A stretch of DNA of 63,172 bases, counting the filler. It is 5 parts of 5 records of this genome, joined end to end, with 100 filler letters (N's around TTAATTAATTAA, not from the genome) between each part and the next. Parts side by side here need not be neighbours in the genome. Positions count along the whole stretch, not along the records: positions 24,446 to 39,160 come from DRR723986_14444; positions 39,261 to 52,163 come from DRR723986_14448; 3 more parts are not named here. The stretch is one strand, 5' to 3'. Shown here piece by piece: positions 32,026-41,273 of the stretch. The position numbers were made by a program, and so were the translations under genes. Below the pieces are notes generated by a model. The model did no database searches, was not told the origin of the DNA, and saw only the letters and a list, made by a program, of their open reading frames with translations. How positions within the stretch are numbered: the stretch's first letter is position 1; the number at the start of each line of letters is the position of its first letter.

Positions 32026-35000
32026 GCGATCGCCTTGATCGTGCGGAGTTCAACCAGGACTTCCGGGTCCACTTCCGGGAGGTCCGGATGTTGTTCACGA
32101 AGGGCCGAAAGGATTTCAACCTGCTTGATGGAATCGACGCCCAACTCACCTTCAAGATCCATGTCGTCTTCCAGCATATCACTCGGATATCCTGTTTTGT
32201 CTGCAATCAGCTCCCGGACGACATCCGGTGTGATTGAGCCATTTAACTTACCAGGGGCCAGCGCCGCCGGGACAGATGAAACCTCGATGCTGATGGGGGT
32301 GGCTTTCTTGGCCGCCAGAGCGGGCGAGCCACCATTTGATCCTGCCACCATGTCGGCAATTGCCGCGATCGAGCGCAATTCCACGAGGCGCTCTGGGTCT
32401 ATTTCAGGAAGTTCCGGCAGCTGCTCCCGGATCGTCGACAGGATTTCGACCTGTTTGATGGAGTCGACGCCCAGCTCTCCCTCCAGATCCATGTCCACGT
32501 CCAGCATGTCTTCAGGGTAACCGGTTTTATCTGCGATGATGCCGCGTACCAGGGCGACGGCATCCAGTCCTTGAGAGCTGATAGCGGGAGCAGCAGGTTC
32601 CGTGACAGGTTGGACTGGTGGGGCAGCTGCCGCTGATGCGGCTGGTTGAGCGTGTGCTGAGCGTCTCGCCGGTGCTTTTGCCGGACCAGGTGCAGCATGC
32701 GCGTCTGCCGTCGCAGGCTCAGGATGTCGTGGTTCTGGAGCGACCGGCGCGCTTGGCGTCGGAGCGGGTTGAGGCAGTGCTTTTGTCTGTTCAGGTAATG
32801 ATACCGCGGCGCCATTCATGACTTGCGATACAGTATTCAAATACGCGGCATGAGCCGAAGAGGCCATGCTCATGAACTCCGAATGACGGCGAGATACTTC
32901 CATCAACACCCGTTCAGCTGGGGTTTCGCCGCCAGACCCGGAAGGGTCATAGGAAGGCATGGAAGGAAACGACGAGTAGGATGAATCCGGCATGGCAGGC
33001 TCCTGGCGAATAGAGGCAGAAGAGGGTTGAGTTGGGACAGCCTGAGGAAGGCGGTCGGCCATCTTGCGGTTATTTTGCGGGGTAGAAGCTGGTATGCGAT
33101 CGGGATTCGGGGCCGCTTTACCCGCTGCACCGTCAGGTGGCGGATAAGGTTTGGCGAAATTCGCCCCGGAAATCATGACAGCGTGCTTGGGCGGGGCCGA
33201 GCGAGGCGGTTCAGCAGGCAAGTCTTCGAACAAGGTTGCGAAATCGACGGGAATGCCCGCGACGCTGATTGCGCCAAGTACGGACAGAAATTGTGTAACA
33301 CCGTTCATTCGCTTGTTGTCGAGCGAATAGGATTTGTGCGGACGGTCACGAAGGACGTCATCAACCAGCCCAGTCACGACCGACCCTGGGCCTATCTCAA
33401 TGAACAGGCGCGCACCGTCGGCGTACATCCGCTCGACCAGTTCCCTGAACCGGACAGGAGAGGCGAGTTGGCTTGCGACTTCCACGGGCATCTGTGTGCC
33501 GGTGCAGGCGTAAGGCTCTGCTGTCGCATTGGCATATACCGGCAGAGAAGGTTTGCGCAGGCGTAGTTTCCTGAGTGTCGTTTCAAATGGTTCAACAGCA
33601 GACGCAACAATCTTCGAATGGAAAGCGGTCGCGACGGGAAGAAGGCGGGCCTTCAGTCCTTCCCGTGTACATAGCTCCTGAGCATCGTTCACAACTTTGG
33701 TGGGACCGGACAGCACGACCTGGCTCGGCCCATTGTCATTGGCGAGTACCAGATCTGGAGCGAATTCGCGTAGGATGTGACCAATATCCTCTGATGCGGC
33801 CTGAACGGCCATCATGGATCCGGAACTGGATTTTGCGGCTTTGGCCATAAAGGCACCACGATCGACAGACGCCGAAAGGGCGCCGGAAGCGTTCATAGCG
33901 CCTGCATAGTGCAACGCCATGATCTCACCGAAGCTGTGTCCGGCCGCCATCTCGGCCTGGACCCCGGCTTGCGACAGCAAGGCGAGGTGCGACAGGGTCA
34001 CAGCAGCGATCGCAGGCTGGGCATGCTCCATGGCTTTCAGGTGATCAGTTTGATCGCCATGTTCGACCTGATCGAATGCTGCTGGTGGAAATGCCAGTTT
34101 ATGGAGTTTCAGTTCACCCGCATGTTTGTGGTTCGCGGCTTCATCCCAGACTGCTCTCGCGGCCGGGAATGCCATGGCCAGATCAGCGCCCATACCGACA
34201 TATTGGCTGCCTTGTCCTGAAAACATGAAGGCGACTTTTTCATCCGTCGGCTGATCGAGAGATACATGGCAACCCATTTTGAGGGGGCGGTTGCCAATTT
34301 CATTATTATTCAGCGCATCGATGACGCCGTTGGCTTTGCCGGTGAGGTCTTCCGGAGATTGTGCCACAATGGCTGCGCGAGCGGGTGCAGTAGCATCAAA
34401 TGCCTCCTGGCTTTCTGATGCCCGGAAAGCGAATTCCTTTTCTGTGAGACCGGTCTTGAACGCCGAAATTCTGGAAGAGAGTGTCGCGGGAGAATCTGCT
34501 GAAAACAGGAAGAGTTCTGCGGGCAATGATCTCCAGGGTCTGACTGCATTGGGGCCGGTGTATTCTTCCAAAGTGACGTGGAAGTTGCTTCCCCCGAAAC
34601 CGAATGAACTCACAGAGGCTCTGCGAGGCCTTTTTTTTGGAGAAATCCAGGGGCGGGCCTCGGTGTTCAGATAAAAAACCGGGCTGTTCTTGATGGCGTC
34701 TGCTGGTTCTTCCACTTTAATGGTCGGTGGCAAGACCTTCCGGCTCAAAGCATGGGTGACTTTAATCAGGCTCGCGGAACCGGCCGCTGCTTTTGTGTGG
34801 CCGATCTGTGCTTTGACTGAACCAATGGCGCACCAGGGTTCGTCCTGTTTGTGCTCTCCGAAAACGAGATGGAGTCCTTCGATTTCGGCCTTGTCGCCAG
34901 CTTTTGTGCCAGTACCATGAGCCTCAACCAGGTCTACTGTAGACGGATCATAGCCAGCCTGATCGTACGCGCGCTCCAGCGCTCGGGCCTGGCCGTGTGG

Positions 35001-35948
35001 AACCGGGCTATAGATCGCGGTTCCTTTTCCATCTGAAGCACCGCCAAGTCCTCTGATGACTGCGTAGATCTTGTTACCATCCCGCTCGGCATCGTCCAGT
35101 CGGCGCAGTGCGAGCATGCCAATGCCTTCGCCCAGCATGGTGCCGTCCGCTCGTGTGGAAAATGGCCGGCAGTCTCCGGACGGCGACAAGGCCGGCGTTT
35201 TGGAGAAGCACATATACATCAGGATGTCGTTCAAGGCGTCCACGCCGCCTGTCAGAACTGTATCGCTGTCCCCGGACCTGAGTTCGTGCAGGGCGATCTG
35301 CAGTGCCGAGAGGCTGGAGGCGCAGGCGGCATCGGTTACGTAATTGCTGCCAGTCAGATCAAACCGGTTTGCGATTCTTCCGGCGATAACGTTGCCAAGC
35401 AAACCGGGGAAGGTGGCTTCCTGCCAATCGACATAGTGATCTTCAATCCGCCGGGCGATGTTCTGAACCTGGTCTTCCGGCAGCCCGGCCTGACGCATCG
35501 CATCCACCCATGCAGGACGTTGAAGCCGACCTGCCATGTGTGCAGTCATCTCCGTTGCCGATGCCACGCCGAGAATGATGCTCGTGCGAGACTTATCGAT
35601 CATGCCGCTGGAGTCTTGTTCAATGTCTTCCAACGTCATTTGTGCGGCGATCAGGGCTAGAAGCTGAGCTGTGTCGGTGCCCTCCATCGCCTTGGGCGGA
35701 ATGCCGAAATAGAGCGGATCGAAAGCAAGAGGATTGATGAACCCGCCACGACGTCCGTACGTCCGGTCTTTCGTCTTGGGATCTTCATCGTAGTAGTCTT
35801 CAATCAGCCAATGACTTGGCGGTACGTCGCTGATCAGGTCCCGACCTTCAAACAGGTCACGCCAGAAACCCGTGACATCACCCCGTCCCGGATAAACGGC
35901 CCCCAGGCCGACGATCGCGACAGGAGCGGCGGTTTGTTTGGCCATCAC
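32010..35948 (-). CDS. pfaA: PUFA-synthase PfaA/Pfa2-like protein, N-terminal part: KS - malonyl-AT - 2x ACP
   Basis: KS DAACASS/HGTGT/GHTKAAAG; AT GHSFGE and TAFHS; Pro/Ala-rich linker; two ACPs ADKTGYP...LGVDSIKQVEI; stop immediately after ACP2. Confidence 0.92.
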   Translation of the reverse strand: MMAKQTAAPVAIVGLGAVYPGRGDVTGFWRDLFEGRDLISDVPPSHWLIEDYYDEDPKTKDRTYGRRGGFINPLAFDPLYFGIPPKAMEGTDTAQLLALIAAQMTLEDIEQDSSGMIDKSRTSIILGVASATEMTAHMAGRLQRPAWVDAMRQAGLPEDQVQNIARRIEDHYVDWQEATFPGLLGNVIAGRIANRFDLTGSNYVTDAACASSLSALQIALHELRSGDSDTVLTGGVDALNDILMYMCFSKTPALSPSGDCRPFSTRADGTMLGEGIGMLALRRLDDAERDGNKIYAVIRGLGGASDGKGTAIYSPVPHGQARALERAYDQAGYDPSTVDLVEAHGTGTKAGDKAEIEGLHLVFGEHKQDEPWCAIGSVKAQIGHTKAAAGSASLIKVTHALSRKVLPPTIKVEEPADAIKNSPVFYLNTEARPWISPKKRPRRASVSSFGFGGSNFHVTLEEYTGPNAVRPWRSLPAELFLFSADSPATLSSRISAFKTGLTEKEFAFRASESQEAFDATAPARAAIVAQSPEDLTGKANGVIDALNNNEIGNRPLKMGCHVSLDQPTDEKVAFMFSGQGSQYVGMGADLAMAFPAARAVWDEAANHKHAGELKLHKLAFPPAAFDQVEHGDQTDHLKAMEHAQPAIAAVTLSHLALLSQAGVQAEMAAGHSFGEIMALHYAGAMNASGALSASVDRGAFMAKAAKSSSGSMMAVQAASEDIGHILREFAPDLVLANDNGPSQVVLSGPTKVVNDAQELCTREGLKARLLPVATAFHSKIVASAVEPFETTLRKLRLRKPSLPVYANATAEPYACTGTQMPVEVASQLASPVRFRELVERMYADGARLFIEIGPGSVVTGLVDDVLRDRPHKSYSLDNKRMNGVTQFLSVLGAISVAGIPVDFATLFEDLPAEPPRSAPPKHAVMISGANFAKPYPPPDGAAGKAAPNPDRIPASTPQNNRKMADRLPQAVPTQPSSASIRQEPAMPDSSYSSFPSMPSYDPSGSGGETPAERVLMEVSRRHSEFMSMASSAHAAYLNTVSQVMNGAAVSLPEQTKALPQPAPTPSAPVAPEPRHPEPATADAHAAPGPAKAPARRSAHAQPAASAAAAPPVQPVTEPAAPAISSQGLDAVALVRGIIADKTGYPEDMLDVDMDLEGELGVDSIKQVEILSTIREQLPELPEIDPERLVELRSIAAIADMVAGSNGGSPALAAKKATPISIEVSSVPAALAPGKLNGSITPDVVRELIADKTGYPSDMLEDDMDLEGELGVDSIKQVEILSALREQHPDLPEVDPEVLVELRTIKAIADFFA

Positions 35949-37513
35949 GCGGCCTCCGTTTCAGCGAATTGATGCGGGATGTAATCGAAGGCTGTAGGAG
36001 GCACCGCGACGCCGACGGCGCGCAGTTGAGAAGCTCTAGTAATACGGGCTGCGCCTTCCATGAGGTTCCAGGCAATCTGGCGGACCGTCCGGTTGGATAT
36101 GTCTTCCAGGAAAGTGCCCGCGGCCCATTCATTAAACGCCCCTTGCGCTGGGCCGCACCAGATCTGGTAGTCAGCCAGATGGTCAGGATCGCCGTCACGG
36201 GCGAATTGTGCGCCGGAGAACAGGTAGCGTCTTGCGACGAGAGCGAGACGCTTGTTGCCGTCGGATTCCGCACGTTCAGCTTCTTTCGGGTTCACTTCCC
36301 TGATGTAGCTGCGTGTCGCCTGCCAGGCGGCCTCGAACGGCTCGCCAAGAACATCTTCGATCCAGGACTGGTCTTTCGGATCCAGCGTTTCGAATGACGC
36401 GCCGGAACGATAGAGCTGAAACAGTTTCTTTCCGCGCATCGCGAAAAGGGTTCCGCGTTTCAGAACCTGAACTTCCACGCCTTGCTCGAACATGTCCGCA
36501 GCCGGCGCCATCGCAACATCAGCCGGCCCGGCTTTAGCCAGCAATTGGCGACCGGGCAGGGACAGGCCGGATTCTACGGCTGCCTGATTGATCGAACCCG
36601 TCAGCACATAGGCCGCACCCATGCCGAATGCTGCCGCCACAGCGTGCGGGGTGGCGATGCCACCAGCCAGACCAATTCGGATGGCGTTGGGGTCAATTCC
36701 GGATTTTGAAGCAACCCGATCCCGGGCTGCGGATATCGAGGAAAAGAGGGGGGCCGCTGACCTCCGGTCTGTATGTCCCCCGGAATCCGCCTCGGCGGTG
36801 ATTTCTGCTGCGACGGGAACTTGTCTGGCGAGTTCAGCCTGTGCTGACGAAATCGTACCAGAATCGACAAGTGAATTCAGAATGGCATCCGGTGCAGGTG
36901 ATAAGAACTGCTCGGCGACTTCTGCGCGGGACACTTTCGCAAAAACATGGTTTGTCCGGATGATCTGACCATCGGGTCGTCGTTCAAGCCCGAGCGCCGT
37001 ATATCGCACGACTTCCGGAGATAGGCGCATGTAAGCCGACGCGGAAACGCGCCTGACTTCTTCGCGAAGGAATAAGTCGACGACGGCGGCCTCATATCCG
37101 GGCTGTTGGGGTGTGTGAATCAGGTTCGCGCCCCAGCTGATCTGATCAGCTGACAATTCCGATTTGATCTTGAGTAGTCCTTGCTCGATCTCATCGAGAG
37201 CAAGTCCTGCGCTACCGTAGAAACCCAAGCAGCCGGCACGTACGGCTTCGACAACCATACGTGGCGTAGCAATGCCGCGAGCCATCTCCCCGACGACATA
37301 GTTGAATCTGGCCCCATGGGTGGCTGAAAAGGCCCGGTCGCCCAGCCATTCCGGATACAACGGAGGAAGTATCGCTGCGTTGGTTGGGTTACCTTCGGTG
37401 ATGGCAACGGCTTTTACCTCGTCCACGGAAAGCTCTAGGCTGACCGGGAGGCGCGGGTTCTCAATGATCGTGGTGCACACGTTCATCATCCAGGACACTT
37501 CTTGCCATCTCAC
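35945..37513 (-). CDS. pfaD: PfaD-family FMN-dependent enoyl reductase
   Basis: GEMARGIA, VSASAY, AKVSRAEVA, EADSGGHTD, GSINQ, MAPAADMFE, DYQIWCGPA; 4-nt overlap with pfaA. The start may be the ATG at 37489. Confidence 0.93.
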   Translation of the reverse strand: MRWQEVSWMMNVCTTIIENPRLPVSLELSVDEVKAVAITEGNPTNAAILPPLYPEWLGDRAFSATHGARFNYVVGEMARGIATPRMVVEAVRAGCLGFYGSAGLALDEIEQGLLKIKSELSADQISWGANLIHTPQQPGYEAAVVDLFLREEVRRVSASAYMRLSPEVVRYTALGLERRPDGQIIRTNHVFAKVSRAEVAEQFLSPAPDAILNSLVDSGTISSAQAELARQVPVAAEITAEADSGGHTDRRSAAPLFSSISAARDRVASKSGIDPNAIRIGLAGGIATPHAVAAAFGMGAAYVLTGSINQAAVESGLSLPGRQLLAKAGPADVAMAPAADMFEQGVEVQVLKRGTLFAMRGKKLFQLYRSGASFETLDPKDQSWIEDVLGEPFEAAWQATRSYIREVNPKEAERAESDGNKRLALVARRYLFSGAQFARDGDPDHLADYQIWCGPAQGAFNEWAAGTFLEDISNRTVRQIAWNLMEGAARITRASQLRAVGVAVPPTAFDYIPHQFAETEAA

Positions 37514-37992
37514 TGCACAATTCTAGGCAGTCGCTATTTAAAACTATACGAACGGAATACGCCCGCTGTCGAAAACCAGTCTTTCACCGTGCAGGAAACG
37601 CATGTGCTTCCGCACCTGTTCTCTGGAACTGTAGTGTTTCCAGCACATCAGACCTACCAGCTCAGCCCGGGAAGATGCAAAGTATTTCATTCAATGCGTG
37701 AAAGATTAGACGTCACAACGACAGATTCGCGAAGATTAAGCATATCGTTCTGGCTACGATGAATGAATTCCGTTCAGGAATTGCTCCTGATTCACCTCTC
37801 TCCGACAGGAAGTCAGGTGATTCGAGCAATTGAGGCTGCGCTGGAAACTCATCCCGGCGGAGAGTCCGGACTTCCCATTCCTGGTGTTCATTTCCTGAAA
37901 CTGGAAAGTATCATGCCGGGTCAGTTCGGCATGACACCGCCTAAGTCTCGTTCTTCGTCTGAAAATTCGCTTAGGTTGCGAATTTGATCAGG

Positions 37993-38802
37993 TCAGCCAC
38001 CGGCCGTCATGGCGCCATCAACGACATGTTCCTGTCCATTGATGTAACTGGATTTGTCGGAAGCGAGATAAACGATCAGATCAGCCACTTCGTCGGGGCG
38101 TCCCGGTCTTCCCATTGGTGATGCCTGAGCACCCAATGTGTCGGCATCCAACGCATTCGCACCGGCAGGAACATCGGGAATAATCGGCATCCCTTCACCC
38201 AGACGGGTGATGGATTTCTGCCAGATCGGAGTATCGATGATCCCGGGATGGACCGAATTGACCCTTATCGGCCAACCGGCGCGGGCACATTCTACGGCTG
38301 CGGCCTTGGTGAACAGTCGAACCGCGCCCTTCGACGCGCAATAAGCGCTGAGCCCCGCTGCGCCGCGGAGACCTGCCACCGACGAAATGTTGATGATCGA
38401 CCCGCCGGTGTTCTGCATTTTGCGAATGGCGGCACGGGTGCCCAGGAACACGCTGTCCACATTCACAGCCATTTGCGTCTTCCAGTCGTCGAGTGAAAAT
38501 TCGGGAATCGCGCCGCCAATCGCGATGCCGGCATTGTTGACGAGAATGGAAGGCGTGCCGAGTTTTGCCTCCGCTTCGTCCATCACTGTGTCCCAAAGCA
38601 CCTCATCGGTGACGTCCTGAACCAGTGTTTCTACGTTGCCCCCGGCAGCGGATATGTTCGCTGCGGTGATCTCCAGACCTGCTTTGTCGATGTCGGTTGC
38701 GAAGACGGCAGCACCTTCCGCCGCCAGGGCTTCTGCTGCTGCCCGCCCGATACCGCTTCCTGCCCCCGTTATTACGGCGACGCGGCCATCCAGTATTCCC
38801 AT
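37993..38802 (-). CDS. Classical short-chain dehydrogenase/reductase
   Basis: TGAGSGIG, NNAG, NISS, YCASKG, VNSVHPG; GGAGG-type SD upstream. Confidence 0.93.
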   Translation of the reverse strand: MGILDGRVAVITGAGSGIGRAAAEALAAEGAAVFATDIDKAGLEITAANISAAGGNVETLVQDVTDEVLWDTVMDEAEAKLGTPSILVNNAGIAIGGAIPEFSLDDWKTQMAVNVDSVFLGTRAAIRKMQNTGGSIINISSVAGLRGAAGLSAYCASKGAVRLFTKAAAVECARAGWPIRVNSVHPGIIDTPIWQKSITRLGEGMPIIPDVPAGANALDADTLGAQASPMGRPGRPDEVADLIVYLASDKSSYINGQEHVVDGAMTAGG

Positions 38803-38969
38803 GTATTCCTCCCTTGTTATTGCAGTAGCTGTAGCAGGTACGGAGCTTGACGGAAGGGTTGGTTTGGTGTTTTACCCGCCGCTTGAGAACGGGATGGTGC
38901 GGAACCGCCGTTGAAATCGTGGACAAGATGAGCTTGCCCACCGGTCCGCGTCGACAATGAGGTACTACA

Positions 38970-39160
38970 ATGTCTCGTCGCCATAGTGCGAAGTACAAGA
39001 TCGACCGTCGCGTCGGTGAAAACATCTGGGGCCGCCCGAAGTCCCCCGTCAACAAGCGCAACTACAAGCCCGGACAGCACGGCCAGAACCGCCGCAGCAA
39101 GACGTCCGACTTCGGTATGCAGCTGATGGCCAAGCAGAAGCTGAAAGGCTACTACGGCGA
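38970..39160 (+). CDS. rpsD: 30S ribosomal protein S4 (partial, 3'-truncated)
   Basis: [26 protein letters not shown]...PGQHGQ...KQKLKGYYG, the alphaproteobacterial S4 N-terminus. Confidence 0.95.
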
Positions 39161-39260
39161 NNNNNNNNNNNNNNNNNNNNNNNNNNNNNNNNNNNNNNNN
39201 NNNNTTAATTAATTAANNNNNNNNNNNNNNNNNNNNNNNNNNNNNNNNNNNNNNNNNNNN
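39161..39260. other. Artificial contig spacer
   Basis: 44 N + TTAATTAATTAA + 44 N; GC-rich to AT-rich switch. Confidence 0.98.
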
Positions 39261-39685
39261 AATCCATCAGATAAATTACAAGCTTGTAATCCGCCTAAAG
39301 TTTCACTATTTAATATGTTTACTATTACTGCGGAATTCGTCTGACGCTTAAATGTTCTTGTACCAGTAACAACAATTTCATCTAAAATCTCAGTTTCTAA
39401 ATTAAAATTTTGAGTGGTATTGCTATTTAAAGTTAATCGTTGTCTTTGTGTTTTGTAACCTGTCATTGAGATAACGATGGTATAATCACCAGCCTGAACA
39501 TCTTTAATTTCATAATAGCCTTCAATATTACTGATAGTACCATGCGAGGTGCTTTCAAGATAGATATTTGCATAAGGAAGCGGTTTACCTTCAGATGTAA
39601 TATTACCAGATATTGTGTGGGCATTTTGCGAAAAACCAACGTAATATAAAATTGTAAAAAGAATAAATAGTATTCTGTTTAACAT
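39261..39685 (-). CDS. TonB-dependent receptor (N-terminal part, truncated by contig end)
   Basis: Signal peptide, carboxypeptidase-regulatory-like domain (GKPLPYANI...GTISNIEGYY), LDEIVVTGTRT plug start. Confidence 0.88.
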
Positions 39686-39716
39686 GAGCTATTTTTATTG
39701 CAAAGGTAAAATAAAA

Positions 39717-39732
39717 TTTAGACAAGTCTAAA
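39717..39732. promoter_or_regulatory. Palindromic operator TTTAGAC-AA-GTCTAAA, probable DtxR/MntR box
   Basis: Perfect 7-2-7 inverted repeat between divergent Bacteroidota -7 elements (TACCTTTG on minus at 39708-39701; TATATTTG at 39760-39767). Confidence 0.7.
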
Positions 39733-39785
39733 AAATTATTTACTTAACTAAAATAAAAGTATATTTGTACAAAGTTTAGGATTTT

Positions 39786-40442
39786 ATGATGACTTTATCT
39801 GAGGAAAATTATTTAAAGGCTATTTATCACTTAGAGCGCCAAAAGGGTGGTGCTGTAAGTACGAATTCTATTGCCGAAAAAATTCAAACAAAGGCGTCTT
39901 CCGTTACAGATATGGTTAAGAAATTGGCTGATAAAAACTTAGTCAATTATATAAAATATCAAGGCGTAAGCTTAACTAAAATAGGATTAATTACAGCAGC
40001 AAATATTGTTAGAAAACATAGACTTTGGGAAGTGTTTTTAGTAGAGAAACTCAATTTTTCATGGGATGAGGTTCATGATGTTGCTGAACAATTAGAGCAT
40101 ATTAAATCACCTAAGCTTATTGATCAATTAGATGCTTTTTTAGAATTTCCAACACACGATCCACATGGAGATCCTATTCCTGATAAAAACGGAAATATTT
40201 CAAAATCTGATAAAATTAAGCTATCAAAAGTTGCCACAAATACTAGCTGCACTTGTGTTGGAGTAAGTGATTCTTCCGCCGAATTTTTAAAATATTTAGA
40301 TAAGCATCATATTGCCTTAGGGAGTAAGATTAATGTGATAGCAAAGGAGCCATTTGATGAGTCAATGACTATTCTTATTAATGATCTGAAATTAAATATT
40401 TCAAAAACAGTTTCTAATAATTTATTTGTAAAAACTATTTAA
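39786..40442 (+). CDS. mntR: DtxR/MntR-family metal-dependent repressor with C-terminal FeoA domain
   Basis: SEENYLKAIY, RKHRLWEVFL, AEQLEH, DPHGDPIP. Confidence 0.93.
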   Translation: MMTLSEENYLKAIYHLERQKGGAVSTNSIAEKIQTKASSVTDMVKKLADKNLVNYIKYQGVSLTKIGLITAANIVRKHRLWEVFLVEKLNFSWDEVHDVAEQLEHIKSPKLIDQLDAFLEFPTHDPHGDPIPDKNGNISKSDKIKLSKVATNTSCTCVGVSDSSAEFLKYLDKHHIALGSKINVIAKEPFDESMTILINDLKLNISKTVSNNLFVKTI

Positions 40443-40443
40443 A

Positions 40444-41268
40444 ATGATACAAGACGTCATTCAATATTTCGAATCTATAGATCCAGTACTTGGTGCATTA
40501 TATGCATCTCTTTTTACCTGGATCGTAACTGCAGCAGGTGCGTCCTTAGTGTTCTTTTTTAAAGGAATGAATAGAGCTGTGTTAGATGGTATGTTGGGTT
40601 TTACCGGCGGAGTCATGGTGGCTGCAAGTTTTTGGAGTTTATTGGCACCAGGAATAGAAATGAGTGAAGGTGAAGGATTTGTAAAAGTGATACCTGCAGT
40701 AATCGGATTTTCACTTGGTGCATTATTTATTTTTGGCTTAGATAAAATATTGCCTCACCTTCATATAAACTTTAGAGAAGATGAAAAGGAAGGAGTTAAA
40801 ACACCTTGGCATAGAACTACATTACTAGTATTGGCAATAGCGCTACACAATATACCTGAAGGGCTCGCGGTAGGAGTCTTATTTGGTGGAGTTGCTGCTG
40901 GTATACCAGAAGCTACTATTGGTGGTGCCGTTGCTTTAGCTCTGGGTATTGGAATTCAGAATTTCCCTGAAGGCCTTGCTGTTTCTATGCCTCTTAGAAG
41001 ACATGGAGTGAGCAAGTTTAAAAGCTTTTGGTATGGACAAATGTCTGCAATTGTTGAGCCAATAGCTGCTGTAGTTGGAGCAGTAGCAGTAACATTTTTT
41101 CAACCAATTTTACCTTATGCTTTGGCATTTGCAGCAGGGGCTATGATATTCGTTGTCGTTGAAGAAGTAATACCAGAAACACAGCGCGATAAATATACAG
41201 ATATTGCCACGCTAGGATTTATTGGTGGTTTTATAATTATGATGACCTTAGACGTTGGTTTAGGATAG
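40444..41268 (+). CDS. ZIP (ZupT/GufA) family divalent metal transporter
   Basis: ALHNIPEGLAVG, IQNFPEG, AAGAMIFVVVEEVIPE. Confidence 0.93.
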   Translation: MIQDVIQYFESIDPVLGALYASLFTWIVTAAGASLVFFFKGMNRAVLDGMLGFTGGVMVAASFWSLLAPGIEMSEGEGFVKVIPAVIGFSLGALFIFGLDKILPHLHINFREDEKEGVKTPWHRTTLLVLAIALHNIPEGLAVGVLFGGVAAGIPEATIGGAVALALGIGIQNFPEGLAVSMPLRRHGVSKFKSFWYGQMSAIVEPIAAVVGAVAVTFFQPILPYALAFAAGAMIFVVVEEVIPETQRDKYTDIATLGFIGGFIIMMTLDVGLG

Positions 41269-41273
41269 TCTTT

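Noticed and set aside
37514-37992. ORFs 37502..37762 and 37763..37987 upstream of pfaD
   Set aside because: No motifs or convincing RBS; more likely the promoter region of the cluster.
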